Assembly (NCBI GenBank): GCA_903832085.1
Contig: CAIKZZ010000032.1
Span: 7,275-71,274, forward strand
Source of the DNA: an uncultured Pseudomonadota bacterium
GTDB taxonomy: Bacteria; Pseudomonadota; Gammaproteobacteria; Steroidobacterales; Steroidobacteraceae
Length of the DNA stretch: 64,000 nt
Direction: 5' to 3'
Part shown: positions 1 through 8,184 of the stretch, one piece after another
Position numbering within the stretch: position 1 is the stretch's first letter
Layout of the letters: each line of letters starts with the position of its first letter
Program-made: the position numbers and the translations under genes
The notes under the pieces: model-generated
What the model was told of the DNA's origin: nothing
The model's database searches: none
The model's input: only the letters and a program-made list of their open reading frames with translations

Positions 1-2
1 GC

Positions 3-905
3 TACGGGATCTTGTTGCGTGATGACGGCTTTGTATATGACGACGGCGTCATTGCACGCATCGCGGATGACCGTTTTCATGTCACCACCACCACCGGTGG
101 AGCTGCTCGCGTGTTTGCGCTCATGGAAGACTACTTACAGACCGAGTGGCCAGATCTTAAGGTCTGGATCACCTCGACCACCGAGCAGTGGTCAGTCGTT
201 GCAGTCCAAGGTCCGCGCTCACGCGACGTCATTGCTAAATTGGTCACCGACATTGATATCTCACATAACGCTATGCCGCACATGAGTGTGGCCAATGGCC
301 GTATATGCGGCATACCGATGATGCTCTTTCGTGTGAGCTTTACGGGCGAGCTTGGGTTTGAAGTCAACGTACCCGCCCACTACGGCAAAGCTGTGTGGGA
401 CGCACTCTACGAGGCAGGCCGTGAGTTTGGGATCACGCCCTATGGCACCGAGGCCATGCACGTACTGCGAGCTGAGAAAGGCTACATCATTGTCGGCCAA
501 GAAACTGACGGCACCGCAACGCCAGACGATGTGGGCTTAACCTGGGCCATCGGCAAAACCAAGCCCGACTTCCTCGGTAAACGTGCGATCGCGCGCCCCG
601 CCATGACTGCAACCGGTCGCAAGCAACTCGTTGGACTCCTGACACTGGATCCACAGGTACAACTTGAGGAAGGTGCGCAGGTGATCGCCACTCCCAAGCA
701 GCCGGTACCGATGACGCTCATCGGTCACGTGACCTCCTCGTACATGAGTTCGGTGCTGGGCCACTCGATCGCGCTGGCCATGATCAAAGACGGTCGTGCA
801 CGCATTGGGGAGACGCTCTACGTGCCGATGCCGGATGGGGATATCCCGGTCAAAGTCACAGCACCTGTGTTTTATGATGCTGAGGGAGTACGCCTCAATG
901 GTTAA
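3..905 (+). CDS. soxA: Sarcosine oxidase alpha subunit, C-terminal portion (5' end outside the window)
   Basis: The frame of track ORF 12..905 is open to the window edge. It has GcvT-type folate-binding domain motifs (FRVSFTGELGFEVNVP, YGTEAMHVLRAEKGY). A SoxG-like ORF follows directly, with its ATG overlapping the stop (atggttaa, 898-905). Confidence 0.8.
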   Translation, partial: YGILLRDDGFVYDDGVIARIADDRFHVTTTTGGAARVFALMEDYLQTEWPDLKVWITSTTEQWSVVAVQGPRSRDVIAKLVTDIDISHNAMPHMSVANGRICGIPMMLFRVSFTGELGFEVNVPAHYGKAVWDALYEAGREFGITPYGTEAMHVLRAEKGYIIVGQETDGTATPDDVGLTWAIGKTKPDFLGKRAIARPAMTATGRKQLVGLLTLDPQVQLEEGAQVIATPKQPVPMTLIGHVTSSYMSSVLGHSIALAMIKDGRARIGETLYVPMPDGDIPVKVTAPVFYDAEGVRLNG

Positions 906-1440
906 TGCCACCGCTGTCCTCCCCACCCTGCCTAGCAAGCACTGGTTGCGTGGCACAGCCCCCACGACACGCTTTAGTTTGCGCGGCAATGCAGCGGCAC
1001 AGCAGCTCGCTGGCCAGGCATTGGGTCTTACTTTGCCGGTTGAGGCCTGCCGTGCGCACAGCGCAGGTGAACGCGCGGCGCTCTGGTTAGGACCCGATGA
1101 GTATTTACTCATTGCGCCACTCATCGAGGGCGAGGCACTACGCGCGCAGCTAGCAGCGGCGCTCGCCCCCACGCCACACTCACTCGTCGATGTGAGTCAC
1201 CGCCAGATTGGGCTTGAGCTGTATGGCCCTCATGCAAGCTGGTTACTGAACGCGGGCTGTCCCTTGGATTTGGGGTTAGCGGCATTTCCGATTGGCATGT
1301 GCACCCGTTCGGTCTTTATGAAGACGGAGCTGCTGCTATGGCGTAAGGACGCAGACGTGTTTCATGTAGAGATCTGGCGCTCCTTTACCGAATATTTCAC
1401 GGGACTACTGTCCGAGGTCGCCCGCGAGCTGCCTGGGTGA
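898..1440 (+). CDS. soxG: Sarcosine oxidase gamma subunit
   Basis: Track ORF 796..1440. I place the start at the internal ATG 898 (MVNATAV...) because it overlaps the soxA stop. About 180 aa, with an ALWLGPDEYLLIAP-type motif, positioned after soxA. Confidence 0.75.
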   Translation: MVNATAVLPTLPSKHWLRGTAPTTRFSLRGNAAAQQLAGQALGLTLPVEACRAHSAGERAALWLGPDEYLLIAPLIEGEALRAQLAAALAPTPHSLVDVSHRQIGLELYGPHASWLLNAGCPLDLGLAAFPIGMCTRSVFMKTELLLWRKDADVFHVEIWRSFTEYFTGLLSEVARELPG

Positions 1441-2558
1441 GACAACTACTGCACACCACTTTGCTGTTGATACCAAGCCTTATGGGGCTTGGTATCACAG
1501 GATGCAGTGGCGGTGCAGAGGATGATAATCGTGACGGCAAAGCGCTCGCGATCTACAACTGGGCGGACTATATCGGCAAAAACACGGTCGCGAACTTTGA
1601 GCAGCGCACCGGCATCCATGTGGACTACGACACCTTTGACGTGGATGCGACACTGGAAGCAAAAATGCTCACCGGCGGCTCGGGCTACGACATAGTCAGC
1701 ACCTCCACCAATTACTTCAGCCGCCAGATCAAGGCCGGCGCCTATCTGCCTCTAAACAAAAACTTGCTGCCAAACTTGGCGAACATGGACCCGAAGGTGC
1801 TGGCACTGATGGCACGCTTTGATCCGGGCAATGCCCATGCCATCCCCTACCTGCATGCGGTCAGCGGCTTCGCCTACAACGTCAAAATGATTCGTGAGCG
1901 CATGCCGAATGCGCCCATCGACAGCCTCGACATGCTCTTTAAGCCCGAGATCGTCAGTCGCTTTGCAGACTGCGGCGTGAGCGTGCTCGATTCAGCCGAA
2001 GACGTGCTGCAGCTGGCACTCAACTACTTGCATCTGGATCCCAATTCCACGCGGCCTGAGGATTTCAAAGCAGCCGAACAGTTGATTCTGTCCATTCGGC
2101 CTTACATCAAAACCTTTGATTCCTCCGAATTCACAAACTCACTCGCCACGGGCGAGTTGTGCATTGCCATGAGCTGGTCTTCGGACTATGCGGTCTCAAT
2201 GGCACGCGCACGGGCCGCAGGCATCACGCTTGATCTTGCCTTTACGGTGCCCAAAGAAGGTGCCAACGTGACCTATAACGGCTTACTGATTCCATTTGAT
2301 GCACCACACCCACAATCAGCACACCAGTTCCTCAATTACATAATGGAGCCACGAGTGATTGCAGAGGTCACCAATGACACGCATTATGGCAATGACAACC
2401 GTGCCGCCGATGCCTTTGTTAAAGCCGATATCCTCAACGATGCGACGCTGTATCCCACACCCGAGATCATGAAGCGCCTGTATTTGACCAATGAGGTCAG
2501 TGCCGAGACCGAGCGCGTCCGCACTCGCAGCTGGACACGCATTAAGACAGCGCACTGA
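1437..2558 (+). CDS. Periplasmic amine/polyamine-binding lipoprotein of an ABC importer (PotF/PotD family)
   Basis: 373 aa. Signal peptide ends in the lipobox LGITGC. PotF/PotD-like sequence throughout (AIYNWADYIG..., C-terminal ERVRTRSWTRIK). The GTG start overlaps the soxG stop. Confidence 0.8.
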   Translation: MRQLLHTTLLLIPSLMGLGITGCSGGAEDDNRDGKALAIYNWADYIGKNTVANFEQRTGIHVDYDTFDVDATLEAKMLTGGSGYDIVSTSTNYFSRQIKAGAYLPLNKNLLPNLANMDPKVLALMARFDPGNAHAIPYLHAVSGFAYNVKMIRERMPNAPIDSLDMLFKPEIVSRFADCGVSVLDSAEDVLQLALNYLHLDPNSTRPEDFKAAEQLILSIRPYIKTFDSSEFTNSLATGELCIAMSWSSDYAVSMARARAAGITLDLAFTVPKEGANVTYNGLLIPFDAPHPQSAHQFLNYIMEPRVIAEVTNDTHYGNDNRAADAFVKADILNDATLYPTPEIMKRLYLTNEVSAETERVRTRSWTRIKTAH

Positions 2559-2597
2559 TTCTCGGCTGACACCGCTCTGCGTGACAGATCGCGCAAC

Positions 2598-3047
2598 TCA
2601 TGTGGTGGGCCCAGAGGACTGCAAGACAATCAAGTGTGAACGATTGGCGCCGCTCACAGTGCTGGCATCAATCGCTTGATCGAAGGTCACAAGACAACCA
2701 CCATGATGCACGGCGAGCGCAAGTAAATACGTGTCAGTGAGCTGCCGTGGACCGTGAATGCGACTTACATCAATCAACTGGTCGTCGAGTAGCGTGAGGT
2801 CGCATGCCCAGAAGGCGTGCTCGGACTGGCGTGTTGCGAGTCGCAAGCGCTCAACGACTTGGTGTGCGGGAAAGGGATTCAGATATCCGGGATGGCACAT
2901 GACGCGTACGCACCCATTTTGGGTAATCGCAGTTGAGGCCCAACCCGAGTGACCGTGCTTCCTAAACCATTGCATGGCCGCCGAGTGATGCAAGTGCCCA
3001 GCATCAAGCAGTGCGATCAGTACGTTGACGTCGAGTAACGCCCGCAT
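2598..3047 (-). CDS. vapC: PIN-domain ribonuclease toxin, VapC family
   Basis: Track ORF 2598..3050 begins with TTG. The ATG at 3047 shares one base with the vapB stop (TGATG). Acidic PIN motifs LLDVNVLIALLD (N-terminal) and LVTFDQAI (C-terminal). About 149 aa. Confidence 0.85.
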   Translation of the reverse strand: MRALLDVNVLIALLDAGHLHHSAAMQWFRKHGHSGWASTAITQNGCVRVMCHPGYLNPFPAHQVVERLRLATRQSEHAFWACDLTLLDDQLIDVSRIHGPRQLTDTYLLALAVHHGGCLVTFDQAIDASTVSGANRSHLIVLQSSGPTT

Positions 3048-3292
3048 CAATACGCGTCATCATCACGGAGTCGGTTAACCAACTCGAGCGTCACGACGCC
3101 GCCGCGCGCCGGAAATGGCCGAAAACCGTACACCGGTGGCTCTTCGTGCACCCCTGCTGAGGCACCGACTTGTCCCGTCAACGCCGCTCGGGCCCATCGG
3201 GACACCACCTCGCCGATCGTGGACCGCTCGCGCGCAGCACACTCCCGCGCGGCGACAAGCACATCATCTGCAATATCTAGTGTGGTTCGCAT
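3047..3292 (-). CDS. vapB: VapB-type antitoxin
   Basis: 81 aa beginning MRTTLDIADDVL, a characteristic N-terminus of antitoxins paired with PIN toxins. It lies immediately upstream of vapC and overlaps it. Confidence 0.8.
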   Translation of the reverse strand: MRTTLDIADDVLVAARECAARERSTIGEVVSRWARAALTGQVGASAGVHEEPPVYGFRPFPARGGVVTLELVNRLRDDDAY

Positions 3293-3724
3293 GCATCTGA
3301 TGCTAAAACATCACTTTATAGACAGTCAACCCCCCCCTCAACGTGGGGCGGGAGCCCAAACGGTCTGAGCCTCGGCACTGTGGGCCGCGATCGCCGACGC
3401 GTGGAGGCGCGTGGCGAATTCCGGGTCTGCACCGCCCTGTGTGCGGCGCCCGTCAGCATCGCTGTTGAAGGCGCCTCGATAGGCTCTTTGTAGGGTCGGT
3501 TTTCCATGGGTTTTCCATGGGCCATCCATCCGATGATGGGCGTCTTACGAGACTCTATATTCTGTCCCTGCTGACTACTGGGCACGTCTCGAGTCAATCG
3601 GTCACTCAAGCGACGCGGTGATCGCACGATGAGGTGTTAGGTAGCTGTTTTTTGCTCAGGATTTTTGTCAGCTATTAAAATCCACGCAAGTCTGTGACTT
3701 TGGCGACCTCGATATGCCCTTGTC

Positions 3725-3935
3725 AGCCCACAGATCAACACGCTAACCGAGGAGCTGGCCTGAGCGCAGTCACCCCAATGTTTGACTTTAAGCGCTGTGG
3801 AACGGACATTCGCGCCGCAAGACGCCTTTTGGGAGCCCGCCCAGCGAGTGGACCCCGGTATCCTGCGCGATGCGACACTTTACGCCACGCGTGAGAGCGT
3901 GCAGCGTCGCCGGTTGACGCTGACAACACCAATCA
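3725..3935 (+). pseudogene. Decayed 3' fragment of a PotF-family binding-protein gene (relic copy of the end of the 1437..2558 gene)
   Basis: Two frames together read ..QPTDQHAN.. and ..DAFWEP...DPGILRDATLYATRESVQRRRLTL.. These parallel ..HPQSAHQF.. and ..ADAFVKADILNDATLYPTPEIMKRLYLT.. of the intact gene. The nucleotide block 3860-3888 aligns with 2430-2458 (22 of 29 identical, hand count). Frame-breaking indels lie between the blocks. Confidence 0.5.
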
Positions 3936-4000
3936 CCCACACTCACGCACACTGTCTGCACTTAGCATGACGTTCAACAGCGGATCATTGGGGATTTTGT

Positions 4001-5203
4001 ATGAGCGCATCGATTGGTGGATCCACGGCTGCCGCAGAGCTTAAGAGCCTGGCGCCTGCCCCACACAGACCTCTCAACATCACCCCAAGCGAGCATCTTG
4101 CGCGCATGACAAAGGCGCGCGCACTGTGCGCAAGCTGCGGCGCCGATGCACTGCTCATCAATGCCGGCGCGAGTCTGCGGTATTTCACGGGAGTCAGCTG
4201 GGCAGCCAGCGAACGCTTAGTGGCCTTCGTGCTGCCGGTCGATGGCGAGCCGTTCATGATGTGTCCGGCATTTGAGCAAGGCTCACTACAAGCGAGCCTT
4301 GCCATCCCCATCGAGGCCACGCTCTGGCAGGAAGACGAATCCCCTACAGCCTTACTTGCCCAGCAACTAGCCGCTCGGAAGATCAGGACCTTGGCTGTGG
4401 ATCCAGCGCTCGCGTTTACCACCTACAATGCGCTGCATAACGCACTGCCTGCTCTTCAGTGCATGGACGCGGCAGGCATAGTCGATGGCTGCCGTGGTGA
4501 GAAATCAGCCACCGAACTTGCCTGTTTACACTATGCCAAAGCACTCACCCTTGATGTGCACCGGCGCGTCGCACGCATTTTGCACCAAGGTATCACCACC
4601 GGTGAGGTGCGGCGCTTCATTGATGCGGCGCACCGCGCCGCAGGGGCCGATGGTGGCTCAACGTTTTGTTTGGTTCAGTTTGGTATAGCCACCGCCTACC
4701 CACACGGCATACCCGGCGAGCAGGCACTGAATGAGAACGAGCTCGTGCTCATTGACACAGGTTGTCAGGTCAACGGCTACAACGCCGATATCACGCGCAC
4801 CTATGTGTTTGGCACACCCACTGCCGAGCATCGGCGCATTTGGGCGATCGAAAAAGAAGCGCAAGCCGCCGCGTTTGCTGCAGCTAAACCGGGCATACCC
4901 TGCGAACAGGTGGATGCAGCGGCGCGCGCGGTACTCAGTCGCTATGGCCTAGGCCCAGACTATGCACTTCCCGGGTTGCCGCACCGCACGGGTCATGGCG
5001 TTGGGCTGTCAGTACACGAAGGGCCGTATTTGGTTCGTGGCGATCGCACACCGCTGGCCAAAGGCATGTGCTTTTCCAATGAGCCGATGATCGTGCTCCC
5101 CGATCAGTTTGGTGTGCGCTTGGAGGATCATTTTTATATCACTGATAGCGGGGCCGCTTGGTTTACAGAGCCCTCCCACTCCATTGATCAGCCCTTCGGC
5201 TAA
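4001..5203 (+). CDS. M24-family metallopeptidase (Xaa-Pro dipeptidase / creatinase-like)
   Basis: 400 aa. Creatinase-type N-domain followed by a pita-bread catalytic domain with metal-ligand motifs (IDTGCQVNGYNADITRT, HRTGHGVGLSVHEGP, SNEPM, LEDHF). Confidence 0.8.
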   Translation: MSASIGGSTAAAELKSLAPAPHRPLNITPSEHLARMTKARALCASCGADALLINAGASLRYFTGVSWAASERLVAFVLPVDGEPFMMCPAFEQGSLQASLAIPIEATLWQEDESPTALLAQQLAARKIRTLAVDPALAFTTYNALHNALPALQCMDAAGIVDGCRGEKSATELACLHYAKALTLDVHRRVARILHQGITTGEVRRFIDAAHRAAGADGGSTFCLVQFGIATAYPHGIPGEQALNENELVLIDTGCQVNGYNADITRTYVFGTPTAEHRRIWAIEKEAQAAAFAAAKPGIPCEQVDAAARAVLSRYGLGPDYALPGLPHRTGHGVGLSVHEGPYLVRGDRTPLAKGMCFSNEPMIVLPDQFGVRLEDHFYITDSGAAWFTEPSHSIDQPFG

Positions 5204-5212
5204 AGATCCATC

Positions 5213-6319
5213 ATGCGTATCACCAGCATCAAAGCCTATCGAGTGGAGCTTGGTTTACATGAGGGCACCTACAACTGGTCGGGCGGTAAATCCGTCACCA
5301 CATTTGATAGCACCGTCGTGTGCGTGGCCACTGATGCCGGCATCAGTGGCTGGGGTGAGTCCTGCCCACTGGGGCCTGTGTATTTACCATCCTATGCGGC
5401 AGGCGTGCGCGCTGGACTTATCGAACTCGCGCCTCATCTGATTGGTGCTGATCCCACGCAGCTAGGTCCTCTGAATCAGCTGATGGACAAATGCTTAAAA
5501 GGACACCCTTACGTCAAATCCGCAATCGACGTCGCGTGCTGGGACATCTTAGGTCAGCTCACTGGCCAGAGTGTGTGCACACTGCTTGGTGGCCGTTGTG
5601 GTGACGCTGTCGTGTTGTATCGCGCGATCTCACGTGACACGCCACACGCCATGGCAGCGAAGGTGGCTGAATACCGTGCCGCTGGCTATACGCGCTTTCA
5701 GCTCAAAGTCGGCGACGATCCGGATCTTGACATCGAGCGCATCCGTGCAGTGTCTCAAAAACTGCAGTCCGGCGATCGACTCATCGCCGATGCCAACACC
5801 GGTTGGTTACCACACGAGGCACTACGCGTGATTCGGGGGGTGCGGGATATTGACGTGTACATCGAGCAACCCTGCGCGACCTATGAGGAGTGCTTAAGCG
5901 TCCGTCAGCACTGCGATCATCCCTTTGTGCTCGACGAAGTCATCAACGACACAGCAACTTTGTTGCGTGCACATGCCGATCGCGCCATGGACGTCGCCAA
6001 TTTAAAGATCTCTAAATTTGGTGGATTAACCAAAACAAAGCTTGCGCGCGATCTCGCGGTTGAGATGGGCGTTGCGATGACACTAGAGGACACTTGGGGT
6101 GGCGATATCGTCACAGCTGCAATCGCACACTTAGCGCATAGCACGCCCGAAGCGCTGCGCTTCACGAGCACCGACTTTAACTCCTATGTGACCTTAAAGA
6201 TCGCGGATGGCGCGCCGCAACGCGAGAATGGTCGCATGCGTGCGAGTACCGCACCGGGACTCGGTATTACGCCATGCATGGATGCGCTCGGAGCACCCGT
6301 GCTCACCATCGGCGCTTAA
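5213..6319 (+). CDS. Enolase-superfamily enzyme (mandelate racemase / muconate lactonizing enzyme family, MLE-like)
   Basis: 368 aa. Has FQLKVG, the metal ligands in IADAN / IEQP / VLDE, and the second catalytic Lys in NLKISKFGG. Substrate cannot be inferred; the pairing with an M24 peptidase is typical of racemase/epimerase members. Confidence 0.75.
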   Translation: MRITSIKAYRVELGLHEGTYNWSGGKSVTTFDSTVVCVATDAGISGWGESCPLGPVYLPSYAAGVRAGLIELAPHLIGADPTQLGPLNQLMDKCLKGHPYVKSAIDVACWDILGQLTGQSVCTLLGGRCGDAVVLYRAISRDTPHAMAAKVAEYRAAGYTRFQLKVGDDPDLDIERIRAVSQKLQSGDRLIADANTGWLPHEALRVIRGVRDIDVYIEQPCATYEECLSVRQHCDHPFVLDEVINDTATLLRAHADRAMDVANLKISKFGGLTKTKLARDLAVEMGVAMTLEDTWGGDIVTAAIAHLAHSTPEALRFTSTDFNSYVTLKIADGAPQRENGRMRASTAPGLGITPCMDALGAPVLTIGA

Positions 6320-6342
6320 AATTACTCACTAAGCGCTGCGAT
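6254..6342. repeat. Direct repeat copy 1: live 3' end of the enolase-family gene plus 23 nt downstream
   Basis: Aligns without gaps to 7377..7465; 73 of 89 positions identical by hand count. Confidence 0.85.
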
Positions 6343-6425
6343 TTGGCTTAGTCACTGAGACCCTAAGGGGATTTCCTGGCAGGTTTGACGGCACTCAAAC
6401 TCTGCCGAGCTGCATAGGCGATGTC

Positions 6426-6680
6426 TCAGCTGGCCTTCCGTAGCTCTTCACGGAGCACTCTACGCAAAGTCTTCTCGAAGGGCTCTGCTTCACGACTCAC
6501 ATGCCCTGCCAAAGCGGCATTAATAAGAGATTGATAATTGCCGCCACCGGCCTGGTCCACTTGGTCCTTGAAGTAGGCAAGGATTTCATCATCCAGCCGA
6601 ATTGTAATGCGCGTTTTACCCTTGGGCTGAGTGACTACTGCTCCGCGCTTGGCGTTGGAAAAATCATATTGCTTCTTCAT
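6426..6680 (-). CDS. brnA: BrnA-family antitoxin (CopG/RHH-like)
   Basis: 84 aa. Has the RITIRLDDEILAYFK...GGNYQSLINAAL pattern typical of BrnA. It lies downstream of brnT, as in described brnTA operons. Confidence 0.85.
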   Translation of the reverse strand: MKKQYDFSNAKRGAVVTQPKGKTRITIRLDDEILAYFKDQVDQAGGGNYQSLINAALAGHVSREAEPFEKTLRRVLREELRKAS

Positions 6681-6709
6681 GGTGCTGCCTCATAACTACG
6701 CCGCTCAGC

Positions 6710-6949
6710 TCAGCTCGCTTTACGGGATGAAATCATTCGAATGTTGTCGCCGCGCTGGGCATAAACGATCACGAGTACATTCCCAACTGGATCAGCAGCC
6801 AGTGTGATGTATCGATCTTCACCCACGGAATCAGTGTCCGTTATGGTCAGCGCGAATGGATCTTCAAGTGCTACCGCAGCGTCAGCAAAGCGCACGCCGT
6901 GCTTCACCAAATTTGCGGCAGCCTTATCGGCATCCCATTCGCATTCCAT
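6710..6949 (-). CDS. brnT: BrnT-family ribonuclease toxin (DUF497)
   Basis: Track ORF 6710..6985. I place the start at ATG 6949 (MECEWDADKAAANLVKHGVRFADA...), matching the usual BrnT N-terminus FEWD..KA..N..KHG. The C-terminus is RMISSRKAS. Confidence 0.85.
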   Translation of the reverse strand: MECEWDADKAAANLVKHGVRFADAAVALEDPFALTITDTDSVGEDRYITLAADPVGNVLVIVYAQRGDNIRMISSRKAS

Positions 6950-6955
6950 GCCCGT

Positions 6956-6985
6956 ATTGTATGTACATATGTGCATACTTGTCAA
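6956..6985 (-). promoter_or_regulatory. Putative sigma70 promoter of brnTA with a palindromic spacer
   Basis: The minus strand reads TTGACA-(18 nt)-TACAAT-acgggc-ATG. The spacer contains the near-palindrome GTATGCACATATGTACATAC (2 mismatches). The -10 element ends 6 nt before the ATG. Confidence 0.5.
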
Positions 6986-7283
6986 TTGGATAGGAATGGC
7001 GCAATTGGCCCTGAGTCACTGCGCAGCTAGTGGGGTTTTTAAAGAGTTTAGATGCGGCTCAGAAACCGCCTGTCGGCTTAAGAAACGCAAAAAACACGTT
7101 TCTCAACCACTTGCATATATGTCTTTAACTGACACAGTCCAACCCGCGTGATCCCTCTATAAACCCTTGGCTGTATACAGGGCTTCCTACCCCCCCTGAG
7201 TCCCGTAACATCAATTTAAGGCCCCCTACTTACCGCACCGAGTACAACGTGGCGATTTGTTGTCGTTGCCCCATTCATGCCTG

Positions 7284-7376
7284 ATGTCCAGTGTCGGTAG
7301 CCAATGCCATGCACTGCGTATTGTGGATGTCAGCAGCACTTGGCGAATTGTGTATCGAACAGATAAGGACGCCTAA
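7284..7376 (+). pseudogene. Truncated RelE/HigB (Gp49-like) toxin fragment
   Basis: The frame reads MSSVGSQCHALRIVDVSSTWRIVYRTDKDA*. The segment ..ALRI.D.SS.WRIVYR.D.D. matches the central beta-strand motif of RelE/HigB/Gp49 toxins (..ELRI....WRI.Y..d.d.). It stops exactly where the relic host sequence begins (7377). Confidence 0.4.
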
Positions 7377-7465
7377 CCAGGACTTGGCATTACGCCATGC
7401 ATGGATACTTTCGGAGCACGAGTGATCACCATCGGCGCGTAAAATAGTTCACTACGCGCCGCTAT
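7377..7465. repeat. Direct repeat copy 2: relic 3' end of the enolase-family gene
   Basis: Reads [21 protein letters not shown] versus the live [21 protein letters not shown]. The similarity continues 23 nt past the stop codon. Confidence 0.85.
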
Positions 7466-7491
7466 CACGCGGTCGATTACCGGGGACCACC

Positions 7492-8181
7492 TCACCCTTC
7501 GATGAGGTGCGATGTTTGATTTAAGTTATCGCTACGCCAAAGGTAGAGCGCAAGCAACGGCTCTTCACCTGTCTGCATTGCATGTGGCGTGCCACTCGGA
7601 TGGTGCAGCAGCGTTCCTGGATGTCGCAAGACCCACTGATCTGACCCATGACGCCACAGCGCCGAGCCGGACAACGGCAAATAGAGCTCATCCGCTTCAT
7701 GACTATGCAGCGGATAGGTCACCCCGGGACCTAGGAGCAACACGCCACAGGCGAGGTGCTCGCAGGCAATCGGACCTGTCGTGCCCAAAAATTCGGTATA
7801 GCCGTAGTTCTCAAAGAAGATCTCACCGACTTGCGCCGGCGTATAAGAGCGCCGCCAAACGAGTTCATTGGACTCAGTGCGCAGCGCCGCCACAAACGCG
7901 CGACTCCACTTGGGCGCGAGCTCAAGTGCTGCGCTCAGATAGCGCTGTACTGGCACGCTGGCGGGACTTAAATTGCGCCGCTCAGGATGTTCCGGCCAAG
8001 CCATCATAAATGCATTTAAAAGCGCCTCATGGCGCGCGGCAAGCAACACGCGCGCCCGTGCCACAAGCTCCCCCGCATCAGCCGATGCGGGAGATGCGGG
8101 GCTTGCGAGCGCGTGCGGCGCCGCCAACACGGCGCCAGCGAGCGCACTGCAGAGCTTGCTAATGGCTGCGCGCCGGTGCAT
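7492..8181 (-). CDS. Cupin-domain protein with Tat-like signal peptide (possibly DMSP-lyase-like cupin family)
   Basis: 229 aa. Cupin metal motifs YPLHSHEADELYLPLSG and HHPSGTPHAM. The N-terminus MHRRAAISKLCSALAGAVLAAPHALA resembles a twin-arginine signal. It lies 4 nt downstream of the FAD/GcvT gene on the same strand. Confidence 0.55.
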   Translation of the reverse strand: MHRRAAISKLCSALAGAVLAAPHALASPASPASADAGELVARARVLLAARHEALLNAFMMAWPEHPERRNLSPASVPVQRYLSAALELAPKWSRAFVAALRTESNELVWRRSYTPAQVGEIFFENYGYTEFLGTTGPIACEHLACGVLLLGPGVTYPLHSHEADELYLPLSGSALWRHGSDQWVLRHPGTLLHHPSGTPHAMQTGEEPLLALYLWRSDNLNQTSHLIEG

Positions 8182-8184
8182 TAA

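Noticed and set aside
537-1172. 211-aa minus-strand ORF antisense to soxA/soxG. Many similar long alternative-frame ORFs occur, for example 3985..4422, 18520..19002, 39789..40217, 49686..50270 and 55601..56080.
   Set aside because: They lie entirely inside well-supported genes on the other strand or frame. They are Arg/Ala/Pro/Ser-rich and have no recognisable motifs, which is the expected artefact of high GC content.
3499-3520. Perfect tandem duplication of GTTTTCCATGG.
   Set aside because: It is real in the sequence but consists of only two copies in decaying non-coding DNA. It is most simply a slippage scar. It is mentioned under the vapBC islet finding and not given a function.
3316-3627. 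103-aa ORF (and the overlapping 3338..3529) in the non-coding stretch next to vapB.
   Set aside because: Low-complexity, Arg/Pro-rich, no start context and no family resemblance. I also looked here for integrase remnants and could not recognise any.
7171-7180. 10-bp palindrome CTGTATACAG considered as a LexA/SOS box.
   Set aside because: The spacing (CTGT-N2-ACAG) does not fit the CTGT-N8-ACAG proteobacterial SOS box. An isolated short palindrome could be chance.
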